Shown: positions 53,970-61,935 of the stretch, piece after piece | Layout: the number at the start of each line of letters is the position of its first letter | Position numbering within the stretch: the stretch's first letter is position 1 | NCBI GenBank assembly: GCA_015061745.1 | Contig: SUWB01000004.1 | Span: 47,883-111,882, forward strand | Direction of reading: 5' to 3' | Origin: Lentisphaerota bacterium | Lineage (GTDB): Bacteria; Verrucomicrobiota; Lentisphaeria; Victivallales; Victivallaceae | Length of the DNA stretch: 64,000 nucleotides | Translations under genes and position numbers: made by a program | Notes under the pieces: generated by a model | What the model was told of the DNA's origin: nothing | The model's input: the letters and a program-made list of their open reading frames with translations, nothing else | The model's database searches: none

Positions 53970-54731
53970 ATGGAATTGCAAGTTCAACAGCTCAGTTTTT
54001 CTTATGGCAAAAAAAGAGTCATAACGGATTGTTCTTTTTCTCTTGCTGCCGGTGAATTGACTGTGATTACGGGGCCTAACGGCAGCGGCAAATCCACTCT
54101 TGTCCATTTACTCGGCGGGGCTCTGACGCCGGATTCCGGAAAGATCACGATTGACGGCAGAAGACTGGCTGAATTTGACCATTTGGAACGTTCCTGTACC
54201 GTGGGTGTTCTTATGCAGGAAAAAATGCCCGCCCTTGATTTTACCGTGCGTGAAAGGGTGATGATGGGACGTTTTGCTTCTCTGCCCCGGATTTTTGCTC
54301 CCGGTGCAGATGAGTGCCGCAGAACAGATGAAATCCTTGAAGTGCTGGGAATGAGCTCCTTTGCTCAAACCCCCTGTAATCGCCTTTCGGGGGGAGAATA
54401 CCAGAAGGTGCTGATTGCTTCTTTACTGGTGCGTGAAACGCCGGTTATGCTTCTTGATGAACCGACTTCTGCATTGGATCCGGCCGGAGCTCTTGAAGTT
54501 ATGGCTCTGTTGCAGAAGAAAAAGAAAGAGTGTGCCATAGCTGTTGTGACTCACGATCTGACACTTGCTTCACTTTTTGCCGATAAGCTGCTGCTTGTCA
54601 GTAACGGCGGAATCTGGGCAGCGGGAGTCCCTGAAAAAGTATTGACCGCTGAAAATATTGCAGCTGTTTATAAATGTGATTCAGAAATACTGCCTTCTTC
54701 TGCGGGGCCTGTGCCTGTTTTCAGAAGGTGA
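53970..54731 (+). CDS. ABC-importer ATP-binding protein (BtuD/FecE-like)
   Basis: GPNGSGKST, LSGGEYQKVLIASLL and MLLDEPTSALD. Internal ATG 53970 lies 6 nt after the permease stop. Confidence 0.85.
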   Translation: MELQVQQLSFSYGKKRVITDCSFSLAAGELTVITGPNGSGKSTLVHLLGGALTPDSGKITIDGRRLAEFDHLERSCTVGVLMQEKMPALDFTVRERVMMGRFASLPRIFAPGADECRRTDEILEVLGMSSFAQTPCNRLSGGEYQKVLIASLLVRETPVMLLDEPTSALDPAGALEVMALLQKKKKECAIAVVTHDLTLASLFADKLLLVSNGGIWAAGVPEKVLTAENIAAVYKCDSEILPSSAGPVPVFRR

Positions 54732-54755
54732 TGAAGGAAATTTTTTGTTTTATTC

Positions 54756-54784
54756 TTGAATTTCAGCAGAAAAAGTATTATATT
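54756..54784 (+). promoter_or_regulatory. sigma70-like promoter (TTGAAT-17-TATATT)
   Basis: TTGAATttcagcagaaaaagtatTATATT, 44 nt upstream of ATG 54828. Confidence 0.55.
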
Positions 54785-54827
54785 TAAAAAATTTATACTT
54801 CTTTCAGATAAAATTAAGGAAAATATT

Positions 54828-55865
54828 ATGAGCAAAGTTATCCGTTGCGGTGTTTGCGGACTGGGCCGGATCGGATGGGGATTTCATCTGCCGGCAATCA
54901 AAAATTGTGAAGGAATGGAAGTGACTGCCGTTGCCGATCCCCTTCAGGAACGGCTGGATGAAGCACAGCAGAATTACGGAGTTCCGTATCGTTTTACTGA
55001 CTGGAAAGCTCTGGGGGATGCCAACTTGATCGATCTGGCAGTTATCGCTTCACCGACTGCATTTCATCGTGAACAGTGTGAATTCTTTTTACGCAGAGGA
55101 ATTAATGTTTTCTGTGATAAACCAATGGCTCTTTCTCTTGAAGATGCTCAATCTATGGCTCAGACCGCTAAAGAGTATGGACGGAAAATTATGGTATATC
55201 AGCCTCACCGTCTGAATGCTTTGACCCTGAAAGCCCGGGAGATCATCAATTCCGGTAAACTTGGCCGGATCTACAAATTCCGCCGCAATGTTTATTCCTT
55301 TGTCCGCCGGAACGACTGGCAGGCCTTTACGGCTCAAGGTGGCGGTATGCTGAATAACTATGGGGCTCATTTTCTCGATCAGCTTCTCTATCTGGGGGGC
55401 GAGAAAAAAGCTGAAGCGATCCGGTGCGAAACAGCCAGACTGCTTTCTGCCGGTGATGCAGAGGATTATGTTTCTGTTGTAATGCGGGGGGAGAAAGGGA
55501 TCATTTACGAACTTGAGATCAATATGGCTGCCGCTCATTCAGCTCCCTTTGATCTGGAAATTTACGGAACTCAGGGGAGTGCCGTCTTTCAGAAAGGCAA
55601 ATGGACGTTGAGGTATTGCGGAGAACTTCCCGAAGTGACCATTCAACAGGGCCTTGCTGCCCTTGATCGCCGCTACCCGCCCAAAGAACAGAATTTTACA
55701 GAGGAAATTGAGGAAAATCCCGAAGTTTCTTCTTATGACTGGTACAAATATTGCAGGGATTTTTTCGGCGGCAGTGCAGCTCCGTTTGTCCCTGTTGAAA
55801 ATACCCTCGAAGTGATGCGGCTGCTTGAAGAAAGCCGCAAATCATCAGCTCAATTTTGGAAATGA
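54828..55865 (+). CDS. Gfo/Idh/MocA-family oxidoreductase
   Basis: IRCGVCGLGRIGWGFH Rossmann motif and FLRRGINVFCDKPMA. AAGGA RBS. Confidence 0.8.
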   Translation: MSKVIRCGVCGLGRIGWGFHLPAIKNCEGMEVTAVADPLQERLDEAQQNYGVPYRFTDWKALGDANLIDLAVIASPTAFHREQCEFFLRRGINVFCDKPMALSLEDAQSMAQTAKEYGRKIMVYQPHRLNALTLKAREIINSGKLGRIYKFRRNVYSFVRRNDWQAFTAQGGGMLNNYGAHFLDQLLYLGGEKKAEAIRCETARLLSAGDAEDYVSVVMRGEKGIIYELEINMAAAHSAPFDLEIYGTQGSAVFQKGKWTLRYCGELPEVTIQQGLAALDRRYPPKEQNFTEEIEENPEVSSYDWYKYCRDFFGGSAAPFVPVENTLEVMRLLEESRKSSAQFWK

Positions 55866-58162
55866 ATCACCGGGTGAATAAAATGAAAAAAACATTGGAT
55901 ACGATTCTTACTGAACGTACTCTCAACTGGCGTCAGCATTGCGGAATGACTCCCAATTGGGGATTGAGAAAACCGTCGGTTTTGGATCTTTCTCAAGATG
56001 CTCTCGCTCTTTTACGCAGGAATCCTGCCGCATACGGTAAAAAAATCTGGCGCAATGGAGATATTCTGTTCCCGGCAGCGGATTTTTCAAAGCCCTATGC
56101 TTTGCCTGAAGCTGAGTTCGGCAAAAACTTTATTGCCTCTGTTCCGGACGGACATACATTTTACACCGCTCTTGCCAAAAAAATGGGCGGGAAGATCATT
56201 TCAGACAAAGCCCCTCTCCCTGAAGGGGAAAAGGCAATTATTTTCGGATCTTCTGCTGAAAATCAGCACGCCTGCCGTCTGGCTATGCTTCAGCGGGTTA
56301 TGGCCAACGGGATTTTTCCCGGTAAGGGCGGCTGGAGTCTGGAATTCCCCTATGGCAAAACTTTGAGGGCCGTGGTCTGCTGTGACGAAGAAAGTGAAGC
56401 GGCATTTCTCAAGCATTGGGAATCAGAACGGACTCCTGCTTCTGCTCCCGGACCTTTTGTGCCTGAAATTTACAAAGATCCAGAGAAACTTCTTGCCACA
56501 GAGGTAAGTGCCCGGATCGAAGTTGAAAGCTTTGAAGATTGTGTCGAAAAGATCAATGCCGCTTTTGACTGCGGCGGTCCTGAGGTGGGAAGGGACAACG
56601 GTCATTGTACTGTGCCCACTCTGGTGAAATGTTTTTACGCCTGGTTTTATACCGGAGATATCCGTTTCCTTAAAACATTCAAAGAGATTTTCTTCGGGCT
56701 GGTGCATTACTATCTTGCCTTTCCCGACGGTGCAAGTTATATTTCAGACTACGATTTTTATCTGGGTTCTCTCATCAACTGTTTTGCGGCCGCAGAAAGA
56801 CACCCGCTTTTTACTGATGAGGAACGTCTGCTGGGAAGTGCATTTATGCTGAGTTCATTCCGGCTTATTGAAAAATACGGCAAAGATCACTGGCCTATGC
56901 GGGAGTGTGCGTTGCGTTTCAATCACGAAACATTCCCCGCTATCAGCTGCTACTGGGGAGCACGGTACTTTGAAGAAAATTACGGACTGAAAAGTGATGC
57001 CGCACGTTGGAAATTTTATGCAAAAACCGCTTTTTGCGGCGGAGAGCTCAGCCGGACCTGGCGGCAGAGAGAGAATTCCGGCGACTATCAGTGGATCGTG
57101 CCCAGTCAGAAACTCCAATGGGATCTGGCTGAAAAAGGCAAGCCTTCTCCCGGATTCCGTAAGATGGCTGAAGCTATTGGCTGCGTTTCAGATAATCAGG
57201 GACGGCAAGTCGGATATGGAGATGCCGCAGCAATGGCGGGTGCCGGACACAAAGATATGCTGCAAGCATTGGCACAGGTGTGTAATGACAAACTGGCGAG
57301 TGCACTTTCAGCTCAGCTTGATGCTTATGGAGCTTCTTATCTCCCCGTTCCCGGCTGGGGCGGGTATTTGCATACTGCCGGGGAGAAAAATTCCGGTGTG
57401 ACGGTGAAAAAAGGGTGGAAGGAGCTTCCCCTTGTTTCTCACGTGCTCAAACGTTTCCCCGAAGCCGCAGCCTGCAAAGCGGACAAGGTCCTCTACCGGG
57501 ATGAAAATCGTTATTTTCTCTTTGAACCTTGTTCCTGTGATTCCCACCGGCACCACGATACCGGAGCTATTCTTGCTTATGAGCACGGAAAGCATTTCTG
57601 GCTGGTGGATAACGGATACGGATTTGATGTGCACAACACGCCTGTCAATATGAGCAAGGCATACAGTTCCCGTGAAGTGGGACCTCATTGTCACAATACG
57701 CTGATTTTCCGCGATGCCGAAGGAAAAATCGTTTATCCTCCTGAATTTTCTGTGTTCCGCCGCCGGGGCGATACGCTCTATTGCGAAATGACTCTGCCCG
57801 GGATCAAGTGGTGCCGGCAGGTAGAACTTCTTGCCAACGGTCTGCAGGTCATTGACGAAGTGACCCGTACCGGAGAGACCGCTGCAGTTTCAGTTGAGTG
57901 TCAGTTCAACTCTTTGGGAAATGCAAAACTCCGGAAAAACGTCTGGAGTCTTGAACAGAAAGAAAATGGCAAGGCGGAATTGCACTTTAATGATTCAGTA
58001 AAGTGCAAAGTCATTGAAAGTTCATATTTGACTAAAGGTTGGGAAAGTGCTTTGAAGACCCATTACACTCTGGCTGAAGGCGATGTGAAACAGCTTCGCC
58101 GCATTGCAGAGCTGCCTGCTGTGGACGAAAAAGTTGTCTTTCAAAGTGTTTTTTCAGTGTGA
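55862..58162 (+). CDS. heparinase II/III-like polysaccharide-lyase-family protein
   Basis: SHRHHDTGAILAYEHGKHFWLVDNGY matches the heparinase II/III C-terminal pattern (H-x-H-x-D...DxG). ATG 55862 overlaps the upstream stop. ATG 55883 is an alternative start. Confidence 0.6.
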   Translation: MNHRVNKMKKTLDTILTERTLNWRQHCGMTPNWGLRKPSVLDLSQDALALLRRNPAAYGKKIWRNGDILFPAADFSKPYALPEAEFGKNFIASVPDGHTFYTALAKKMGGKIISDKAPLPEGEKAIIFGSSAENQHACRLAMLQRVMANGIFPGKGGWSLEFPYGKTLRAVVCCDEESEAAFLKHWESERTPASAPGPFVPEIYKDPEKLLATEVSARIEVESFEDCVEKINAAFDCGGPEVGRDNGHCTVPTLVKCFYAWFYTGDIRFLKTFKEIFFGLVHYYLAFPDGASYISDYDFYLGSLINCFAAAERHPLFTDEERLLGSAFMLSSFRLIEKYGKDHWPMRECALRFNHETFPAISCYWGARYFEENYGLKSDAARWKFYAKTAFCGGELSRTWRQRENSGDYQWIVPSQKLQWDLAEKGKPSPGFRKMAEAIGCVSDNQGRQVGYGDAAAMAGAGHKDMLQALAQVCNDKLASALSAQLDAYGASYLPVPGWGGYLHTAGEKNSGVTVKKGWKELPLVSHVLKRFPEAAACKADKVLYRDENRYFLFEPCSCDSHRHHDTGAILAYEHGKHFWLVDNGYGFDVHNTPVNMSKAYSSREVGPHCHNTLIFRDAEGKIVYPPEFSVFRRRGDTLYCEMTLPGIKWCRQVELLANGLQVIDEVTRTGETAAVSVECQFNSLGNAKLRKNVWSLEQKENGKAELHFNDSVKCKVIESSYLTKGWESALKTHYTLAEGDVKQLRRIAELPAVDEKVVFQSVFSV

Positions 58163-58253
58163 AAGTGGGGACCATATTGGTGAATTTTCTCAGACCGCAC
58201 CAATTTACAAGGCGTAATCAAAAGAGAATGGAATGTAGATAAAAAGGTTTTTT

Positions 58254-59153
58254 ATGAAAAGAAATTATTTTACCCTGATTGAATTGCTTGTAAGCAAAAC
58301 TTGTCAAATATGTGTTTATACTTTGCGAAAAATTGCCTCTTGCCTTAATATTTGCCATTGCAATCCTGCCAAATGCGGGATTGTCGGTTTTGCAAATGCA
58401 AAAACGGCAATCCACCAAAAGTTTTTGGCAAGGATGGATGGGGCCCGGGGAAGGAAGGGAGAACCTTTTTTCAAAAAGGGTTCCCTTCCTTCCCCGGCTC
58501 CTTTCACCTTGATAGAACTTCTTGTTGTAATTGCAATTATTGCAATTCTTGCCGCTATGCTTTTGCCTGCCTTGCAGCAGGCCCGGGAAGTTGCCAAAAA
58601 GAACTCCTGTCTGAATCAGTTGACTCAGGTCGGGAAGGGAACGGCATTTTATGAACAGGATAATGTTGATTTTATTCCGCCTTACCGGAATGACAAAGGA
58701 ACCCCCAAGAGCGATGTCAAATACTTATTTGGCCGGGGTGATGTCGATTGGCTGCTTACACCTTATCTTCCAGGCAAGGGTGGGGATGTGCCCTATGGTG
58801 TGCTGCGTGCCAATGGGAGACGTTCTTCCCTTACGTGTCAAACCCGGGAAAATACCCAGGGCGGCAATATGAATGTGCTGGGTATGAACAGCCGGATAGA
58901 TAACAGCTATAACAGTTACAAGATAACAGTTGCCAAACGGCCCTCCAGAACTTTTTTTATTGGAGAGACTATGGATCTGGCTGATTCAAATTATATTCGT
59001 ACAGACAGTTACAACAATCGTTTTTGGGGATTCCCTCACCGGGATACTGCCAATGTGCTTTATCTTGACGGACATTGTGATTCCCGGAAACCTGCGGAGA
59101 TTTCCACTGATACTTCCAAGCCGGATGTCGCGGCTTTCTGGATTTTGAAATAA
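58254..59153 (+). CDS. prepilin-type N-terminal-domain, H-X9-DG (DUF1559-like) pseudopilin-like protein with a duplicated FTLIELLV motif
   Basis: Residues 6-13 are FTLIELLV. From residue 84 the sequence is [33 protein letters not shown]. The C-terminus has [13 protein letters not shown] (H-X9-DG). An alternative in-frame ATG lies at 58434. Confidence 0.8.
   Translation: MKRNYFTLIELLVSKTCQICVYTLRKIASCLNICHCNPAKCGIVGFANAKTAIHQKFLARMDGARGRKGEPFFKKGSLPSPAPFTLIELLVVIAIIAILAAMLLPALQQAREVAKKNSCLNQLTQVGKGTAFYEQDNVDFIPPYRNDKGTPKSDVKYLFGRGDVDWLLTPYLPGKGGDVPYGVLRANGRRSSLTCQTRENTQGGNMNVLGMNSRIDNSYNSYKITVAKRPSRTFFIGETMDLADSNYIRTDSYNNRFWGFPHRDTANVLYLDGHCDSRKPAEISTDTSKPDVAAFWILK
58445..58497 (+). repeat. 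long inverted repeat (about 24-bp hairpin) between the two prepilin motifs
   Basis: CCGGGGAAGGAAGGG(AG)AACCTTTTT-tca-AAAAGGGTT-CCCTTCCTTCCCCGG. No adjacent U-tract on either strand. Confidence 0.8.
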
Positions 59154-59234
59154 GTTTTTTTCAAACAGAACGGCGAGTGGTGAAAGATTGGGGTTCTTCT
59201 GTCCGGAAAAGTGTTTTTTTTACCACCTGAGAGC

Positions 59235-59263
59235 TTGCAATTTGAGGGTTTCAGCTTTATATT
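59235..59263 (+). promoter_or_regulatory. sigma70-like promoter for purA (TTGCAA-17-TATATT)
   Basis: TTGCAAtttgagggtttcagcttTATATT, 49 nt upstream of ATG 59312. Confidence 0.55.
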
Positions 59264-59311
59264 ATAGACGTTACTGTTTGTCATTAATCATTTAATATAG
59301 GAAAAAAGAAA

Positions 59312-60577
59312 ATGCCTGTTGACATTCTCGTGGGTACCCAGTGGGGCGATGAAGGAAAAGGAAAACTTATTGACGTTTTGACCGGTGATGTGGATATGGT
59401 CGTCCGTTTTCAGGGCGGCAACAATGCCGGACACACTGTTGAGATCGGTTCTGAGCGTTATGTGCTGCATCTGGTTCCCTCCGGAATCTTCCGTCCCGGA
59501 GTCCGTTGCGTGATCGGTAACGGACTTGTTGTTGACCCGATCGCTCTTGTTGAAGAACTTGAAGGCATCCGTGCCCGGGGTATCGCTGCTGACAATCTTG
59601 AACTTTCTGATCGTGCTCAGCTGATTTTTATTTATCACAAGCGTGCTGATGCCCTCAATGAAAAAGGTGCCGTCCGCAAAATCGGTACCACCGGACGGGG
59701 CATCGGCCCTGCCTACTGCGACAAGATGCGCCGCAGCGGTATCCGCGGATGCGATCTGTGCAAACCTGAGATCCTGAGCGCAAAGTTCCGTGCCGAGGCT
59801 GCCCGTTACAACAAGATTTTTGCCGAAGCCGGTGCCGAACTCATTGATATCGAAAAAGAACTTGCTCTTGTTCTTGAAGCTGCTGCCAAGTTGGCTCCTC
59901 TGGTTCGTAATACTGCTTACACCATCGCCCAGGCTGTCAAAGAAGGCAAAAAAATCCTTTGCGAAGGTGCTCAGGGCGGTCTGCTTGACGTTGACCACGG
60001 AACTTATCCTTTTGTGACCAGCAGCAACACCATTTCAGGCGGAGCCTGCACCGGTGCCGGAATTCCTCCCACTGCTGTGCGTAATGTGTACGGTGTGATC
60101 AAGGCCTATACCACTCGCGTGGGTGAAGGACCTTTCCCCACTGAACTCTTTGATGCTGACGGTGAACTTCTGCGTGCCCGCGGCCGTGAATTTGGAGCTA
60201 CGACCGGCCGTCCCCGCCGTTGCGGTTGGTTTGATGCTGTGGCTTCCCGTTACTCCTGTATGCTCAGCGGCGTGAACAAACTTGTTGTCACCAAACTGGA
60301 CGTACTTGACGAATTTGACGAGATCGCTGTCTGTACTGCTTATGAAATCGACGGTGTCCGTACTACTGAATTTCCTGCCGCTGTGGAAGATCTGGAAAAG
60401 GTCAAGCCCGTCTACGAAATGATGCCCGGTTGGAAGACTGCTCTTGATGCTGTCACTTCTGCTGATCAGCTTCCTGAGAATGCCCGCAAATATCTTGCCC
60501 GTATGGCAGAGCTCATCGGTGCTGATATTGAAATCATCTCAGTCGGTCCCCGTCGGGATCAGACCTTTAAGGCGTGA
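59312..60577 (+). CDS. purA: adenylosuccinate synthase
   Basis: GTQWGDEGKGK, GGNNAGHT, GTTGRGIGP and GATTGRPRRCGW are canonical PurA motifs. Confidence 0.95.
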   Translation: MPVDILVGTQWGDEGKGKLIDVLTGDVDMVVRFQGGNNAGHTVEIGSERYVLHLVPSGIFRPGVRCVIGNGLVVDPIALVEELEGIRARGIAADNLELSDRAQLIFIYHKRADALNEKGAVRKIGTTGRGIGPAYCDKMRRSGIRGCDLCKPEILSAKFRAEAARYNKIFAEAGAELIDIEKELALVLEAAAKLAPLVRNTAYTIAQAVKEGKKILCEGAQGGLLDVDHGTYPFVTSSNTISGGACTGAGIPPTAVRNVYGVIKAYTTRVGEGPFPTELFDADGELLRARGREFGATTGRPRRCGWFDAVASRYSCMLSGVNKLVVTKLDVLDEFDEIAVCTAYEIDGVRTTEFPAAVEDLEKVKPVYEMMPGWKTALDAVTSADQLPENARKYLARMAELIGADIEIISVGPRRDQTFKA

Positions 60578-60585
60578 GATGACCT

Positions 60586-61857
60586 ATGGCCGCTGCCGGC
60601 CGTCCTGACATAAACGACTCCGGGAATCCTGTAAAACGGGAATCCCGGAGTTTTTGTGCTTTTATTGCCGGATTTGATTGGATTCAGATCTTTTCTCTGC
60701 TCTTTTTGTTAGCTTTCGGATTGGTTTTTATCCATTCTACGGGTGTGCAGGTCGGAACTGCTGCATCGGCACGTTTTTTTGAAAAACAGTTGACCCAATG
60801 GATCCCCTGCGGAGCTTTGCTGTGGCTGTTTTTCTCTTTGATCGACTACCGGAAATTATATTTCAAAGTCGGGGCTGTTCTTTTCTTTCTTGTGACGACT
60901 CTGGCTCTGGTTCTGGTGCTGAAATACGGAGTCAAAGTCTATGGGGCGACCCGCTGGCTTATGGTGGGGGCATTTCGTCTGCAGCCCTCTGAGTTTGGGA
61001 AACTCTCTCTTATTCTCGTATTGGCGTGGCTCTTTTCATCGCCCCGTTTCAGCGGCGCAAAGTGGACGGGGATCTTTGCGGGGACGGCTCTTGTTATGGT
61101 GCCGGCTGTTTTGATTTTCAAAGAGCCTGATCTGGGAGGGACGCTGATTCTTTTTCCCATTGCCGGGACTATGCTTTTGGTTTCCGGATTGAAATGGCGT
61201 TGGCTGCTGTTGGTCTCTGCAATCTGTTGTGCTGCCTTTTTCTCGCTACGTGCTGTGGTTTTGTCCTATAAATCGGACTCGGAAAAAAAGAGTGCAGCCA
61301 TTGTCCGGAAAGAGGGGAACGCCAAAGCTGCCAGGGTAAAGAATACCTGGTTCGGTTTGAAAGAATACCAGATAAAGCGGCTTAGGGTTTTCTTTAAACC
61401 CAATTCTGACATTTCCAACAGCGGGCATAATGTGTATCAGTCCCGTTTAGCTGTCGGTTCCGGCGGCTTCCGGGGCAAAGGAATCGGCAACGGCACTCAA
61501 AACCGGTATGGTTTTTTGCCGCAGACAGTTGCAAACAACGACTTTATTTTTTCTGTCATCGCTGAAGAAACCGGATTTGTGGGATGTCTGCTTCTTATTG
61601 CCGGGTATGTTGTATTTTTTTATTCGATTTTCCGGACGGCTTTCAAAGCACCGCCTTTGGGGCGTATGATCGCCGTTGGCATTGGGACAATGTTGTTTTG
61701 TCATACCTATATCAATATTGGTATGTGCATCGGTCTTGCTCCTGTGACCGGGCTGCCTTTGCCTTTTGTCAGCTACGGAGGCTCTTTCATTTTTGTGGGA
61801 ATGATGTGTATGGGGATTCTCCAGAGCGTTTACCGCAACAGTACTTCTGAAAGATAA
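60586..61857 (+). CDS. second SEDS-family protein (FtsW/RodA/SpoVE)
   Basis: About 10 TM helices. RLQPSEFGKLSLIL, QSRLAVGSGGFRGKG and LPLPFVSYGGSFIF. Confidence 0.85.
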   Translation: MAAAGRPDINDSGNPVKRESRSFCAFIAGFDWIQIFSLLFLLAFGLVFIHSTGVQVGTAASARFFEKQLTQWIPCGALLWLFFSLIDYRKLYFKVGAVLFFLVTTLALVLVLKYGVKVYGATRWLMVGAFRLQPSEFGKLSLILVLAWLFSSPRFSGAKWTGIFAGTALVMVPAVLIFKEPDLGGTLILFPIAGTMLLVSGLKWRWLLLVSAICCAAFFSLRAVVLSYKSDSEKKSAAIVRKEGNAKAARVKNTWFGLKEYQIKRLRVFFKPNSDISNSGHNVYQSRLAVGSGGFRGKGIGNGTQNRYGFLPQTVANNDFIFSVIAEETGFVGCLLLIAGYVVFFYSIFRTAFKAPPLGRMIAVGIGTMLFCHTYINIGMCIGLAPVTGLPLPFVSYGGSFIFVGMMCMGILQSVYRNSTSER

Positions 61858-61886
61858 TTCTGTCTGAAAACGACATCTGAAAAAAA

Positions 61887-61916
61887 GCTGCCGCAAGAGA
61901 TTTTTCCTGCGGCAGC
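61887..61916. terminator. bidirectional terminator between convergent genes
   Basis: 9-bp stem GCTGCCGCA / TGCGGCAGC, flanked by an A-run upstream and a T-run downstream. Confidence 0.7.
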
Positions 61917-61935
61917 TTTTGCAGTATATTGGACC

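Noticed and set aside
58445-58497. The 24-bp hairpin in the pseudopilin gene considered as a rho-independent terminator
   Set aside because: No U-tract follows it on either strand, and it lies within an open reading frame. It is kept as an unexplained structured element.
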